64,000 nucleotides of DNA from Dehalococcoidia bacterium (GCA_965203835.1 OZ241919.1:3220188-3284187); one strand, 5' to 3'. Shown: positions 20,375-29,737, counted from the first letter of the stretch. Notes: generated by a model not told the origin, from the sequence alone. Translations and numbers: made by a program.

Positions 20375-20451
20375 TGGTCGGGGCGCCCGGATTTGAACCG
20401 GGGACCCCCTGCACCCCATGCAGGTACGCTACCTGGCTGCGCTACGCCCCG
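20375..20451 (-). tRNA. tRNA-Pro (anticodon GGG), CCA encoded
   Basis: Reverse complement, folded by hand: CGGGGCG TA GCGC AGCCAGGTA GCGT A CCTGC ATGGGGT GCAGG GGGTC CCCGG TTCAAAT CCGGG CGCCCCG A CCA. This is a full cloverleaf. The anticodon loop ATGGGGT is identical to the loop I recall from E. coli tRNA-Pro(GGG). Confidence 0.93.
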
Positions 20452-20631
20452 ACAATCTTAGAATATCATACGAGTTGTGCGGCTTCAACCAGTGCTCCCG
20501 CACACACTTTTACTGCCTCGGCGCTGCCCTTGCTACCGGGATAGGCTGTGGGCATAATATGGCAAATTTATCCCCCACAGCGGTGTGCGCCATGATTGGG
20601 CGTTGGGATAGTCCTTTACAGGAGAGTGCTT

Positions 20632-21915
20632 ATGTCCGGGCCATTGGAAGGCATAAGAGTTGTGGACTTTACCGAGATCATCGCCGGGCCTCTGGCCGGC
20701 CGTCTTCTGGCCGAAATGGGCGCCGACGTAATCAAGGTAGAGCCCCCTTGGGGTGAGCCGTGGCGCACGACCCAGCGGTTTGCTCCGACCGAGAGCCGGG
20801 GATTCATGGCCTACAACGGCGGGAAACGCAGCCTTCCTTTGGACCTTACCAAGCCGGAATGCCAGGACGTTATCAGCCGGCTGATACCGAAGGTCGACGT
20901 CGTCCTGGTCAACTTCAGGCCCGATGTCGCAGCGAAGCTGGGGGTGGACTACGCCACGCTGAGCGAGTTGAACCCCCGGTTGGTCTATTGCGAGATTACC
21001 GCCTACGGGCGGGAAGGCCCCGATGCTCACCGCCCCGGTTACGACATGATCCTGCAAGCCTTGACAGGGTTGATGGCAGCGGAGACGAAGCTGGAGAACG
21101 GTGTGCCGCAGCAGATATGGGCGTCGCCGGTGATAGACACCACCGCCGGGTTCTGCATGGCTTGGTGCGTTTGCAGCGCCCTGTTCAATAGAGAACGGAC
21201 CGGGCGCGGGCAAAAGATTGAGACCAGCCTGTTGGGTGCGGCAATGGCATTGCTGGGAACGCGGTTCCTGCACGTGGAGGACCTGGACAAGGAGGTCCGG
21301 GCCAAGGCACTGGATGACATAGCAGACCGGCGGGCCGAGTCGGCGTCATACCAGGATATACTGGACGCTTCTCCGGGAAGCCGCCGTCCCAGGCACCACA
21401 CCAACGTGTATTACCGGACCTATTTGACGAAGGACGGCCCTATCGCGGTAGGCTGTCTCAGCGACCCGCTGCGCCGTCGCCTGCTGGATACCCTGGGGCT
21501 GACCGAGATGGCCCCGGAGCTGGAGTTCAGCGCCAACGATCCGGAAGCCCAGTCCAGGGCCCGCAAGCTGGAGGCCGCCGCGGAAGAATTGTTCCGGCAA
21601 AAGACGTCCGACGAATGGCTGAGCATATTGGAGGGCAGAGGGATTCCTGCCGGGAGGGTCCGGTTCGTCGAGGAACTGTTCGATGACCCGCAGATCAAGG
21701 CCAACGGGTTGGTGAAGGAACTGGAACACCAGAAGGCGGGCAAAGTCAAGACAATGGGCGCCATAGCCCGCTTCAGTGACACACCGATGTCGGCGGACGT
21801 TGCTTCCCCGGCCTTGGGACAGCATACCTGGGACATCCTCAAAGAGCTGGGTTACTCCGAAGAGCAAGTCCGCGAATGGGAAGAAGCCGGCTCCCTTGGA
21901 TATACAGGCCCATGA
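20632..21915 (+). CDS. Family III CoA-transferase (CaiB/BaiF-like)
   Basis: MSGPLEGIRVVDFTEIIAGPLAGRLLAEMGADVIKVEPP is the family signature. The start is set at the ATG at 20632 behind AGGAGA. Confidence 0.88.
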   Translation: MSGPLEGIRVVDFTEIIAGPLAGRLLAEMGADVIKVEPPWGEPWRTTQRFAPTESRGFMAYNGGKRSLPLDLTKPECQDVISRLIPKVDVVLVNFRPDVAAKLGVDYATLSELNPRLVYCEITAYGREGPDAHRPGYDMILQALTGLMAAETKLENGVPQQIWASPVIDTTAGFCMAWCVCSALFNRERTGRGQKIETSLLGAAMALLGTRFLHVEDLDKEVRAKALDDIADRRAESASYQDILDASPGSRRPRHHTNVYYRTYLTKDGPIAVGCLSDPLRRRLLDTLGLTEMAPELEFSANDPEAQSRARKLEAAAEELFRQKTSDEWLSILEGRGIPAGRVRFVEELFDDPQIKANGLVKELEHQKAGKVKTMGAIARFSDTPMSADVASPALGQHTWDILKELGYSEEQVREWEEAGSLGYTGP

Positions 21916-21967
21916 CGAAGGGCTCCCTCAAGGGAGCCCTTCGCTACGCCGCCGAGGTGTAAATTGG

Positions 21968-23815
21968 TTACCGGTTTACCATGTCGTAGCTGCGGAGCAG
22001 CTTCCCCGGGGTGGCTCCGGTGCACACTGTGCCCTCGGTGAAGGTGACATCACCGTTGACGATGGTGTAGCGGATTCCCTTGGCCTTCTGGATGATGCGG
22101 CGCTCACCGCCCGGGAAGTCGGTGTCGTAGACCGGGCTGTCGAACTGGAGTCCCAGTTTGTCCAGGTCGTAGACGATGATGTCCGCCGCGAACCCCTCTT
22201 TGAGGATGCCGCGGTCGGTGAATCCGGCAATCATGGCCGGCAGGCTGCTCATCTTGTAGTGGGCCTTCTCCAGGCTCATCATTCCTTGGTCCCTGACCCG
22301 GTCAGCGATCATGTTGACCGGCCATGAACCGAGGGTCTGGTACCTGGTGTGGGCCCCGCCGTCCGACACGCAGGGGTGAGTGTAGGGGTGGTTCAGGATC
22401 TCGGACACTGCCTTCCTGTCGGTGCCTTGGGCCGAGTCGAAGGTGAACTCGGTGCGCAGCCCCTCGTCAATGGCAAGGTCGAGCATCGCGTCCATCGGAT
22501 GCTTGCCCATCATCTCGGCTAGCTCGGCAATGGTCTTGCCCTCGTACTTGAGATTGCGGTCTTCCCGGACCTCGACTACCCGCATCTTGGACCACTCGGA
22601 AGCGGCGTCGGCGGCGCCACCCTGACCGGCGTATGCGCCCACGTCCTGGCGCATCTTGTCCCGGTTCTCCGGAAGGCTCAGCTTGGCGATGCGCTCTTCC
22701 GGTGTGCCGACGAAGGGGTCGATCCAGTTGGGCATGGCGTCGAAGCCATTGTATTCGGCCAACTCGAACACCGGCGAAGGGGAATAGGCCGTGGTCTGGG
22801 CGAACATTGGCGCGCCCTCCTGACGGGCCCTTTCCAGGAACGCCAATTGTTCCAAGTACCGGCCGGGTGCGTTCTCGTTGAAGGCCACAGCCCCCCACTG
22901 GATGGGCCGGCCCGCCGCAAGGCACATCTCGATGAGGAAGTCCTCCCGGCCCCTTCCCGGAGCGTCGCCCTCCACCGCGTCCATCAGGATTGCCGACTGT
23001 CCGGTTACGGCAGCCACCGCTGCGCCGGGGTCTCCGCCGCCAATCAGGTCCGGCTCGCCGGGGGGCAAAGGACGCTCGGCAGGGCCGCGAGTCCAGCCGA
23101 TGTGGCCGACGCCGAACTCGTTGAGCACCTTGGCCAGCGCCAGGAACTCGTCGTTGTGGGCGACCTGGCTGGGTATGAAACGCCCGTCGTCGGGACGGTT
23201 GGCCAGGGTCTTCATGGCCGACCAGCCGAAGGCGCCGGCGCGCATGGCTTCGCGCTGGAGTTCCTCCATCCGACGGATCTGTTCGTCGGAGGCCCGGACG
23301 ACCGTGCGGGAGTCTTCCACTCCCATGACGTACATGCGAAGGGTGTTGAAGGGGACCAGCGCACCCACGTTGACTCCGAGCGGATGCTTGTCAAGGCTGT
23401 CCAGCCACTGGGGGAAGCTCTCCCAGTCCCAGCGCAGGCCCAATTCCATTGTTCTCATGGGAATGGCCTCGATCCTGGTCATCAGGCGCATCGCTGCTTC
23501 CCGGTCTTCGGGCTTGCAGGGAGCGAAGCCGAAGCCGCACTGGCCTATGGTTACAGACGTAACGCCGTGCCAGCCGGACATGGTGGCGTAAGGTTCCCAG
23601 TTGAGTTGAAGGTCATAGTGGGTGTGCAGGTCGATAGCGCCAGGAGCGACGATACAGCCCGTGGCATCCAACTCCTCACTGGCCGATCCCTGGATTCGCC
23701 CGCTGATCATGGCGATTTTGCCGTTTTTGAGGGCAATGTCCCCACGGAAAGCCGGCGTACCTCCAGTGCCGTCGACAATCGTACCGTTGCGAATAATTTT
23801 GTCGTATTCCGCCAT
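21968..23815 (-). CDS. Amidohydrolase, N-acyl-D-amino-acid deacylase (D-aminoacylase)-like
   Basis: IIRNGTIVDGTG...FRGDIALKNGKI ... APGAIDLHTHYD (HxH metal site), plus a C-terminal beta-sandwich typical of Amidohydro_3 D-aminoacylases. Confidence 0.8.
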   Translation of the reverse strand: MAEYDKIIRNGTIVDGTGGTPAFRGDIALKNGKIAMISGRIQGSASEELDATGCIVAPGAIDLHTHYDLQLNWEPYATMSGWHGVTSVTIGQCGFGFAPCKPEDREAAMRLMTRIEAIPMRTMELGLRWDWESFPQWLDSLDKHPLGVNVGALVPFNTLRMYVMGVEDSRTVVRASDEQIRRMEELQREAMRAGAFGWSAMKTLANRPDDGRFIPSQVAHNDEFLALAKVLNEFGVGHIGWTRGPAERPLPPGEPDLIGGGDPGAAVAAVTGQSAILMDAVEGDAPGRGREDFLIEMCLAAGRPIQWGAVAFNENAPGRYLEQLAFLERARQEGAPMFAQTTAYSPSPVFELAEYNGFDAMPNWIDPFVGTPEERIAKLSLPENRDKMRQDVGAYAGQGGAADAASEWSKMRVVEVREDRNLKYEGKTIAELAEMMGKHPMDAMLDLAIDEGLRTEFTFDSAQGTDRKAVSEILNHPYTHPCVSDGGAHTRYQTLGSWPVNMIADRVRDQGMMSLEKAHYKMSSLPAMIAGFTDRGILKEGFAADIIVYDLDKLGLQFDSPVYDTDFPGGERRIIQKAKGIRYTIVNGDVTFTEGTVCTGATPGKLLRSYDMVNR

Positions 23816-23879
23816 CAGTTTCCCTCTCTTTCGTGGCGATTTGGTGTCGTTCTCACCTTACCCAACAGCAATACGCCCG

Positions 23880-24335
23880 TCAAGACCTGGATTCCATTTC
23901 CAAGGGCCTGTCGTGGGGTGAACTATAGCCGGTGAGGCCCTGCTCCGACGGGAATCCCGACGGCGGGGCGTTGGGCGGCGTCGAAAGCACCCGGTCCGGT
24001 TCGTGAATCGGGAAGACGAACAGCAAACGGGCCGGGCTATCGGAGCGGTTGACGAAACCGTGCACTGAACCGGCAGGCGCGAGGACCACGTCGCCGGGTC
24101 CGATGGTCATTCGCTGCGAACCGACCAGCGCTTCCAACTCGCCTTCCAGCAAGACCATCGCTTCTTCCGTGTTGGTGTGAGTGTGGCGTGGCACGCGGGA
24201 CATACTGGCGATGGTCACTTCACCGATTCTCAGAGACGCACTGCCGTGGTATGCGTCGACGATGCCGAAGGACTCTAAGCCGGGAGAGGTTACATTTTCT
24301 CTCTTGGTCCTGTCGCTTCTCTTGATGATGGGCAT
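23880..24335 (-). CDS. Cupin-domain protein
   Basis: PRHTHTNTEEAMVLLEG ... GPGDVVLAPAGSVHGFVN form the two cupin motifs. Confidence 0.8.
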   Translation of the reverse strand: MPIIKRSDRTKRENVTSPGLESFGIVDAYHGSASLRIGEVTIASMSRVPRHTHTNTEEAMVLLEGELEALVGSQRMTIGPGDVVLAPAGSVHGFVNRSDSPARLLFVFPIHEPDRVLSTPPNAPPSGFPSEQGLTGYSSPHDRPLEMESRS

Positions 24336-24360
24336 GTCGCCTCCTCCTCTATGTTGTGTA

Positions 24361-24430
24361 GGTTCCCGCCCCCGCCTTCGCGGGGGTGACGTACCTTCGC
24401 GGGGGTGACGTTCCTACGCGGGAATGACAG
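24361..24430. repeat. REP-like element cluster: three tandem variant half-units
   Basis: ggttcccgcccccgCCTTCGCGGGGGTGACGTaCCTTCGCGGGGGTGACGTtCCTACGCGGGAATGACag. These are tandem ~19-nt units related to the window-wide GCGGGAATGAC repeat. Confidence 0.8.
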
Positions 24431-24431
24431 T

Positions 24432-25049
24432 TTAGGGGAGCCAACGGACGAAGTTGGATACAGGAGTGCGCTGAGAGTTGGGGTCTTCGGCAGGGTAGCC
24501 GATGGAGAGCATGGTCGCCAGCGTCCAGTCGTCTTCGGCGCCCAAGGTTTTGGCCAGGTCCGGGTGGCGGGTGGGGCCGCCGGTCTCCCAAGTCACGGCC
24601 AGGCCTTCGGCCACGCCGGCCAGGGCGATGTTGTGTGCGGCGCAACAGACCGACGCGTAGTTCTCCTTGGTGCCCCCTTCGTCCCGGCCGGGCGTGGAGT
24701 ACATGTAGATGAGCACCGGGGTCTTGAGCAGAGAGTCGCGGGTGGCTTCGGCGCGCCGGGCGTCGCCGCGACGCTCCAGGGCGTAGTCATGGGCCAGCCC
24801 GGCCACCTTCTCCAGCGCCGCGCTGCCCTTCTCCATGACGAATATGCGCCAAGGCTCGGTGAGGCGATGGTTCGGCGCCCAGACGGCGGTTTCCAACATA
24901 CGGTCCAGGGCATCCTTGGGCACCGGCTGGTCTTTGAAGTCCCACGCCATGCGACGGCGGTAGAGGGCTTCGTAAACTGTGACGTTCGTCTCCGGTACGG
25001 CGCAATCGGCGAAGCCTAGTTTTTCCGTGCGTCCGGATTCACTGGACAT
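24432..25049 (-). CDS. Nitroreductase-family protein
   Basis: RRMAWDFKDQPVPKDALDRMLETAVWAPNHRLTEPWRIFV is typical of the nitroreductase fold. About 200 aa. Confidence 0.8.
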   Translation of the reverse strand: MSSESGRTEKLGFADCAVPETNVTVYEALYRRRMAWDFKDQPVPKDALDRMLETAVWAPNHRLTEPWRIFVMEKGSAALEKVAGLAHDYALERRGDARRAEATRDSLLKTPVLIYMYSTPGRDEGGTKENYASVCCAAHNIALAGVAEGLAVTWETGGPTRHPDLAKTLGAEDDWTLATMLSIGYPAEDPNSQRTPVSNFVRWLP

Positions 25050-25190
25050 GTCGGCCTCCTCTCACTCTGGCTCTGTCAGGCGTTTCTGTTTCCTGTTCCG
25101 TCCTTACAAACGCGTGTATACCATAAACGAGACAGGCCGGTCATCCTGCATGAGACCGGCCTGTACAATCGCTTGGCGATATGCGGGCTG

Positions 25191-26618
25191 TTAAGACCCT
25201 TGGGCTATCCGGGTGAAGGCGGCGTGCTCGGTGGTGTTGGTATCGGCTCCCTGCCAGCCTTTCTTGGTAACGTTGAGGCTGTCCTGGGCCGCTGCGAGGT
25301 CACCCATGCCCTGCTGGGCCCGGGCCATCCAGTAATTGTCGCGGGGCGACTCGCGCTTGGACAGGCGGTCCTTGAGCATGGCCGTCGCCTTGTCGAACTC
25401 CCCGGCCCGGAGGCAGGCTTCCAGAAGGGTGTCCTCGAACACCAACCGCTGGGCGTGGCTTCCGCCAACCCTGGTCAGTTGAGGGAACACCGGCTCCAGC
25501 AACCGCACCGCTTCGGCGTAGTCGCCCTGACCGAATGCGCCGATGCCCTTGACCAGCGGCAAGGTGGCCTCCAGGGCAGTGGCGTCCCCACTGTCGGCCA
25601 TCGCTTGCAGACCGTCGACCAGCTTGTTGAAGGACTGTTCGTCACCGGCGGCGGTGAAGGCTAGGGCGGCGTGGGCGTCGCGGAAGGACGGGCCCGGCCT
25701 GACGGCGGCCGGCGCGGCGAGGTCGACGATTTCCTGCCAAGGAGCGTCGGGGGCTTTGTTGCCGTAGATGCGCATCCGCCAGATGAGAGAGGCGCTGTCG
25801 GCCAATGCTTGATACCTGAGACCCTGCACGGCTGGGCGGATGTCATTCTCGTACCATCCGAGAGCGTCGTTGTAGCGGCCCCGGGCCAACTCGAACAGAG
25901 CCTGATGCCAGGAGAGGTGGACGCGGTAGGCGGCGCGACGGTCGTAGCCCTCCAGCCAGTCGCCGAGGAAGGTCGCTCCCTCTTCATCCTGGCTCAACTC
26001 GTAGAAGACGTGGGCCACGGAGTGGGCGGCCACGCCGTTGTCGGGCTTGATGTCAAGGGAACGCTCGGCCAAGTCCATGCCCTCGGCCATCAGGCCGACC
26101 TCGTGGTTGGCCCAAGAGTACTGGCCCATGAAAGCCCAGTCGTCGCCGTATCTGGGCGCCACGCCGCTCATCAGTTGGTAGAACTGTGGCGGGTAATCCG
26201 GGGCTCCAATGCCGACGCAGCCCTGGACATAGAGGCGCTGGGCCAAGCGGAGCATGATCGCGTCGAGGGGAAACTCATTCAGGTGCTCGTGCACTGCCGC
26301 GGTAGCCTCGATGTTCTTTCCGTTGACAAACTTGGACACCACGTCAATGTATTGCCGTTCCCGCTGGGAGATGCCGGACGAGTGCTTGACGGCAGCCTCG
26401 GCGCTTGCCTTGGCCTCGGGCACGGCGACACGGGTGTTCTGCATGAAAGCCAGCGCCGCGTGGGCCAGGGCAAACCCCTCGTCGGCTTCCACCGCTTGAA
26501 CAAATTCCTCTTCAGCGCCGAAGCTCTGGGCCAAGGCCAAGTCCAAGCCCGTTTCGAAGTGGGCCGCCGCGGCGCTGGAAGGTGTGGACATGGGGAGCCC
26601 GTAACGGTCGTTAGGCAT
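25191..26618 (-). CDS. TPR-repeat protein (TTC38-like family)
   Basis: 475 aa and all-helical, with repeated A-x-x-A-x-A-x-x-G-x-x-x-x-A patterns. The N-terminus (AAAHFETGLDLALAQ...) resembles what I recall of the bacterial TTC38-like TPR family. Function unknown. Confidence 0.6.
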   Translation of the reverse strand: MPNDRYGLPMSTPSSAAAAHFETGLDLALAQSFGAEEEFVQAVEADEGFALAHAALAFMQNTRVAVPEAKASAEAAVKHSSGISQRERQYIDVVSKFVNGKNIEATAAVHEHLNEFPLDAIMLRLAQRLYVQGCVGIGAPDYPPQFYQLMSGVAPRYGDDWAFMGQYSWANHEVGLMAEGMDLAERSLDIKPDNGVAAHSVAHVFYELSQDEEGATFLGDWLEGYDRRAAYRVHLSWHQALFELARGRYNDALGWYENDIRPAVQGLRYQALADSASLIWRMRIYGNKAPDAPWQEIVDLAAPAAVRPGPSFRDAHAALAFTAAGDEQSFNKLVDGLQAMADSGDATALEATLPLVKGIGAFGQGDYAEAVRLLEPVFPQLTRVGGSHAQRLVFEDTLLEACLRAGEFDKATAMLKDRLSKRESPRDNYWMARAQQGMGDLAAAQDSLNVTKKGWQGADTNTTEHAAFTRIAQGS

Positions 26619-26638
26619 GAGTCCTCCTTATGTGATGA

Positions 26639-26763
26639 TGGATTCCCGCATTCTCGGGAATGACGGTATGTATTTCGAGTGACGTTCCTTCTCGGGAATG
26701 ACGGTATGTACTTCGAGTGACGTTCATTCGCGGGAAAGACGGGATTTTCGCGGGGGTGACGTT
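26639..26763. repeat. REP-like element array (about 125 nt, includes a 38-nt unit duplicated in tandem)
   Basis: TGGATTCCCGCATTCTCGGGAATGACGGTATGTAtTTCGAGTGACGTTCCTTCTCGGGAATGACGGTATGTAcTTCGAGTGACGTTCATTCGCGGGAAAGACGGGATTTTCGCGGGGGTGACGTT. It fills the whole spacer between two convergently ending, same-strand genes. Confidence 0.85.
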
Positions 26764-27566
26764 CAGCCCAAGCCGGACAGGAACTCGTTGATGATGCGGT
26801 TGAACTCGTCTGGTTTCTCGGCGAGGGGGAAATGGCCGCACCGGTCGATTTCCTGAACGGTGGCGTTGGGAATGGCGTTGGCGTAGAGGTGGGCGCATTC
26901 CACCGGGACCACCGCGTCCTGGGTACCCCAGATAATCAGCGTAGGGGTATCCACCTTACCCAAATAATGGGGCAGGCTGGGGTTGTGCAGATATGGCTTC
27001 CAGCAGAGGCGGGACGACATCTCGCGATTGGAGTGGTCCACGGTCGCCTCCTCGGGAGTCAGTTCGCGGGTCCAGTATGCCTTTTCGACCTCGGGGACCT
27101 GGGACTCGTCGTAGAAGCGCTGGGCGGCGCGGGTCTGGGCCGATACCATGAAGACCTCGGCGATCTCCCCGTGGACGGGCTTGATCCCCGCCGCGTCCAC
27201 CAGCACCAATCCCTTCAGATCGTGGTGGTCCATAGCGGCCATCTCGGCTGCCACCCAGCCGCCCATGGAAAAGCCTACCAGGACGTAGTCCCGGAGGCCA
27301 AGCTCGTGCACCATGGACTGGTTGAAGTGGGCCAGGTCGGTGATGGTAGAAATCCATGGAGGCCGAGGAGTGCCGTTGTATCCCGCTTGGGAAGGTGCGT
27401 AAACGGTGTGGGTCCGGGCTAAGTTGTCCAGATACGGTTGCCAGCCGGGACTTCCGCCGGCCCCGTGAAGGAACAGCAGAGGCGGCCCGGAGCCGCCGGA
27501 AAACATCTGGACTTCGTGACCTTGTACGGCAATAGTGGACTCGTGTTGACTGGCAGTAGTTGTCAT
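26763..27566 (-). CDS. Alpha/beta hydrolase (meta-cleavage-product hydrolase-like)
   Basis: LFLHGAGGS oxyanion region, GFSMGG nucleophile elbow, and a C-terminal CGHFP histidine motif. Confidence 0.85.
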   Translation of the reverse strand: MTTTASQHESTIAVQGHEVQMFSGGSGPPLLFLHGAGGSPGWQPYLDNLARTHTVYAPSQAGYNGTPRPPWISTITDLAHFNQSMVHELGLRDYVLVGFSMGGWVAAEMAAMDHHDLKGLVLVDAAGIKPVHGEIAEVFMVSAQTRAAQRFYDESQVPEVEKAYWTRELTPEEATVDHSNREMSSRLCWKPYLHNPSLPHYLGKVDTPTLIIWGTQDAVVPVECAHLYANAIPNATVQEIDRCGHFPLAEKPDEFNRIINEFLSGLG

Positions 27567-27788
27567 TGAGACCCTCCAGATAGACCTGCGGTCAGATGAC
27601 TGCCCGTGAGGCGACCCCTACCCGCCGCACTTCACTCCAGCCCTCTCCCGAGAGGAGAAGGGACTTCAGGAAGCCTCCCAAGCCAAGCGTCGCGTTCATC
27701 CGATTCTGGTACAGAATCAATATCGTGTCAAGATTAGGTCAAGTCGTGGTCGGGGCGACTACGAGCCGGGGTTGAGATTTTTGGATTC

Positions 27789-27818
27789 GCGGACATACCC
27801 GGACATTTGCGGACATTC
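27789..27818. repeat. Three contiguous 10-bp direct repeats
   Basis: GCGGACATAC CCGGACATTT GCGGACATTC (core CGGACAT three times at exact 10-bp phase), inside a 580-bp ORF-free region. Confidence 0.7.
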
Positions 27819-28148
27819 GAGCTTGCGGTGTCACTGCTGGATGGCGCCAAAGGCCGCAGGACGGGTTGGAAATAAGTGGTTTTGGCGTGTTTTTCGTCGT
27901 TAGATACCATGTCGCCTCAGTGGCGCGGTTGGATTTGGTCCGCGTCCCGCCGGGATGGGTTTTGGACCTGTTTCTATGGTAGAGGGGCGCATTACGAATT
28001 GTGAAGGGGCGAGGTGTCAGCGTGGGGTGGGGATTTAGGGATGGACTGGGGATATGGTAGGTGAAAGAGGATATACTTACTCGCTAAGGGCTGGCTCTGT
28101 TGCCTGCATCAGTTCCCATGCGAGGACGATTTCCAAGGGAGGATACCC

Positions 28149-28463
28149 ATGGATCAACTGGAAATGAATATATCCGCTTACGTCCATATAAGGGAACACT
28201 TGGAAATGCAACATCGGGGTGACTGGGTGGTGTTGCATAACAGGAGGCTTGCCGGTATCTACAGTTCCTACGAGGAAGCCTACAAGAAAGCCTTGGGGCG
28301 CTTCGGCCCAGGGCCCTACCTTATAGCAGAAGTGGGTGGGGAGTGGATAGACAAGCGTGTGAGAGAGGTGCAGGCCAAAGCCGCCAAGTGGCTAGCTGAC
28401 GCAGGCGGGAGCGCCCCTAGTCTCGAGGACATACCTCGCCGCCGCAGCGAGATTCAAGGATGA
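28149..28463 (+). CDS. Putative antitoxin (unknown family) of a decayed VapBC-like module
   Basis: 104 aa. Its stop overlaps the downstream PIN-remnant start (ATGA at 28460). GGGAGGATACCC precedes the ATG. Confidence 0.5.
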   Translation: MDQLEMNISAYVHIREHLEMQHRGDWVVLHNRRLAGIYSSYEEAYKKALGRFGPGPYLIAEVGGEWIDKRVREVQAKAAKWLADAGGSAPSLEDIPRRRSEIQG

Positions 28464-28663
28464 TTCTTGCGGATACATCGATTTGGGTGGACCACTTTCG
28501 AAGGCCGAACGCTGAAATGATAGAACGTCTCACCGCCGGTGACGAGGAAGACCATGTGATAAACCGCGCGCCTCTATCGGGACCGCCGCGACTTCGTAAC
28601 CTAGCCCAGGGACACTCGGGCAAGCGGGAAGACTACCCGGTGAATCCTGCGTATCAGAGTTAA
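28460..28663 (+). pseudogene. Truncated PIN-domain (VapC) toxin remnant
   Basis: MILADTSIWVDHFRRPNAEMIERLTAGDE is a textbook VapC N-terminus (first catalytic Asp). After ~30 aa the PIN pattern is lost and the ORF ends at 67 aa, whereas PIN toxins are about 130 aa. Confidence 0.65.
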
Positions 28664-28674
28664 GGGAGGTTTCG

Positions 28675-29709
28675 ATGCCCGACAGTGATACTTTGCTGGC
28701 TTACTTGGTTTCCAGCTTTCCCGGCAATACGGAGAACATCGCTACGGAAGCGCTTCGACACATTTTCGACCACTCTGATGCCTCGGTGGAGGCGTTGAAC
28801 GACGTGGTGCAGTCAGGAGTTCGTGGGACAAAACCTATCGTCAGCGTGAAATCCCAGGTGATCCAAGCAGATGGAACACGCCCGGACTTGGTGGGGTTTG
28901 ACGAGACCGGTGGCGAGAGGGTCCTTATTGAAGTGAAGTTCTGGGCTGAACTAACACCCAATCAGCCCAACAGTTACCTCAACCGGCTGCCGGACGATGG
29001 TCCTGCGGTCGTGATGTTCCTGGCACCGGAGGAGAGAATCCATTCATTGTGGCCTCATTTGAAAGGACGCATAAATCGGGGGTTCGATACTTTGACGGAG
29101 ATTGACTCGGAACGCAAATGCGTTCGTGCCGGGGACACGGAACGGCATTTGATGGTGGTCAGTTGGGGAAGTCTCCTTGACAGCATGGCCGCAAGGAGCA
29201 GGGATTTCGATGAGTCGGGTGTCGAAAACGAAATCCGCCAGTTGCGAAGTCTTGCCAAGTACGCCGACGCAGGAGCGCTGAAGCCAATCCGACGGGGCGA
29301 GGAATTTGGAGAGGACTCGGAGATGCGCCTACGCCAATACAAGCGCCTCATTGATGCCGCCACTGAAAGAGGAATTGAGCAGGAATGGGCAAGCCGTAAG
29401 GGGTTGAGGGCAACTCCCCGCCCTTACGGTTTCGGCAGGTATATCAGCATTCGTGGCGCTATTGTGTGGTTCGGCGTCAACATTGACCAGTTCGAACGAA
29501 CCGGCGATACGCCTTTGTGGATAGATTGCCTCACCCATTTGGTAGACAAACCCGCCGAGGTGCGCGACGAACTTGGCATGTCCGACGCCAATTGGGTCCC
29601 GGTCAACCTGAAAAGAGATGTAGAGTACCCCGAAATGCTTGACGGCGTCGTTGAGAGCTTGAAGCACATTGCCGACGCCGTTTATGAGGCCCGCTTCCCG
29701 TCCGGTTAA
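28675..29709 (+). CDS. PD-(D/E)xK nuclease-fold protein, hypothetical
   Basis: 344 aa. RPDLVGFDETGGERVLIEVKFWAEL supplies a D ... E-x-K core in the usual beta-strand context. No other motif recognised. Confidence 0.55.
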   Translation: MPDSDTLLAYLVSSFPGNTENIATEALRHIFDHSDASVEALNDVVQSGVRGTKPIVSVKSQVIQADGTRPDLVGFDETGGERVLIEVKFWAELTPNQPNSYLNRLPDDGPAVVMFLAPEERIHSLWPHLKGRINRGFDTLTEIDSERKCVRAGDTERHLMVVSWGSLLDSMAARSRDFDESGVENEIRQLRSLAKYADAGALKPIRRGEEFGEDSEMRLRQYKRLIDAATERGIEQEWASRKGLRATPRPYGFGRYISIRGAIVWFGVNIDQFERTGDTPLWIDCLTHLVDKPAEVRDELGMSDANWVPVNLKRDVEYPEMLDGVVESLKHIADAVYEARFPSG

Positions 29710-29737
29710 CCGCGTTCTCACCGTTACAATGTTTTTG

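Noticed and set aside
20418-20756. A 112-aa plus-strand ORF and a 63-aa minus-strand ORF (20223-20414) around the tRNA.
   Set aside because: They overlap the tRNA-Pro gene or the promoter region of the CoA-transferase. They have no SD and an Arg/Gly-rich shadow composition.
26639-26763. Possible CRISPR array, considered because of the tandem repeats.
   Set aside because: The units are irregular (38, 19 and partial), directly abutting, without unique spacers of constant length. They derive from the REP hairpin, and no cas genes are present in the window.
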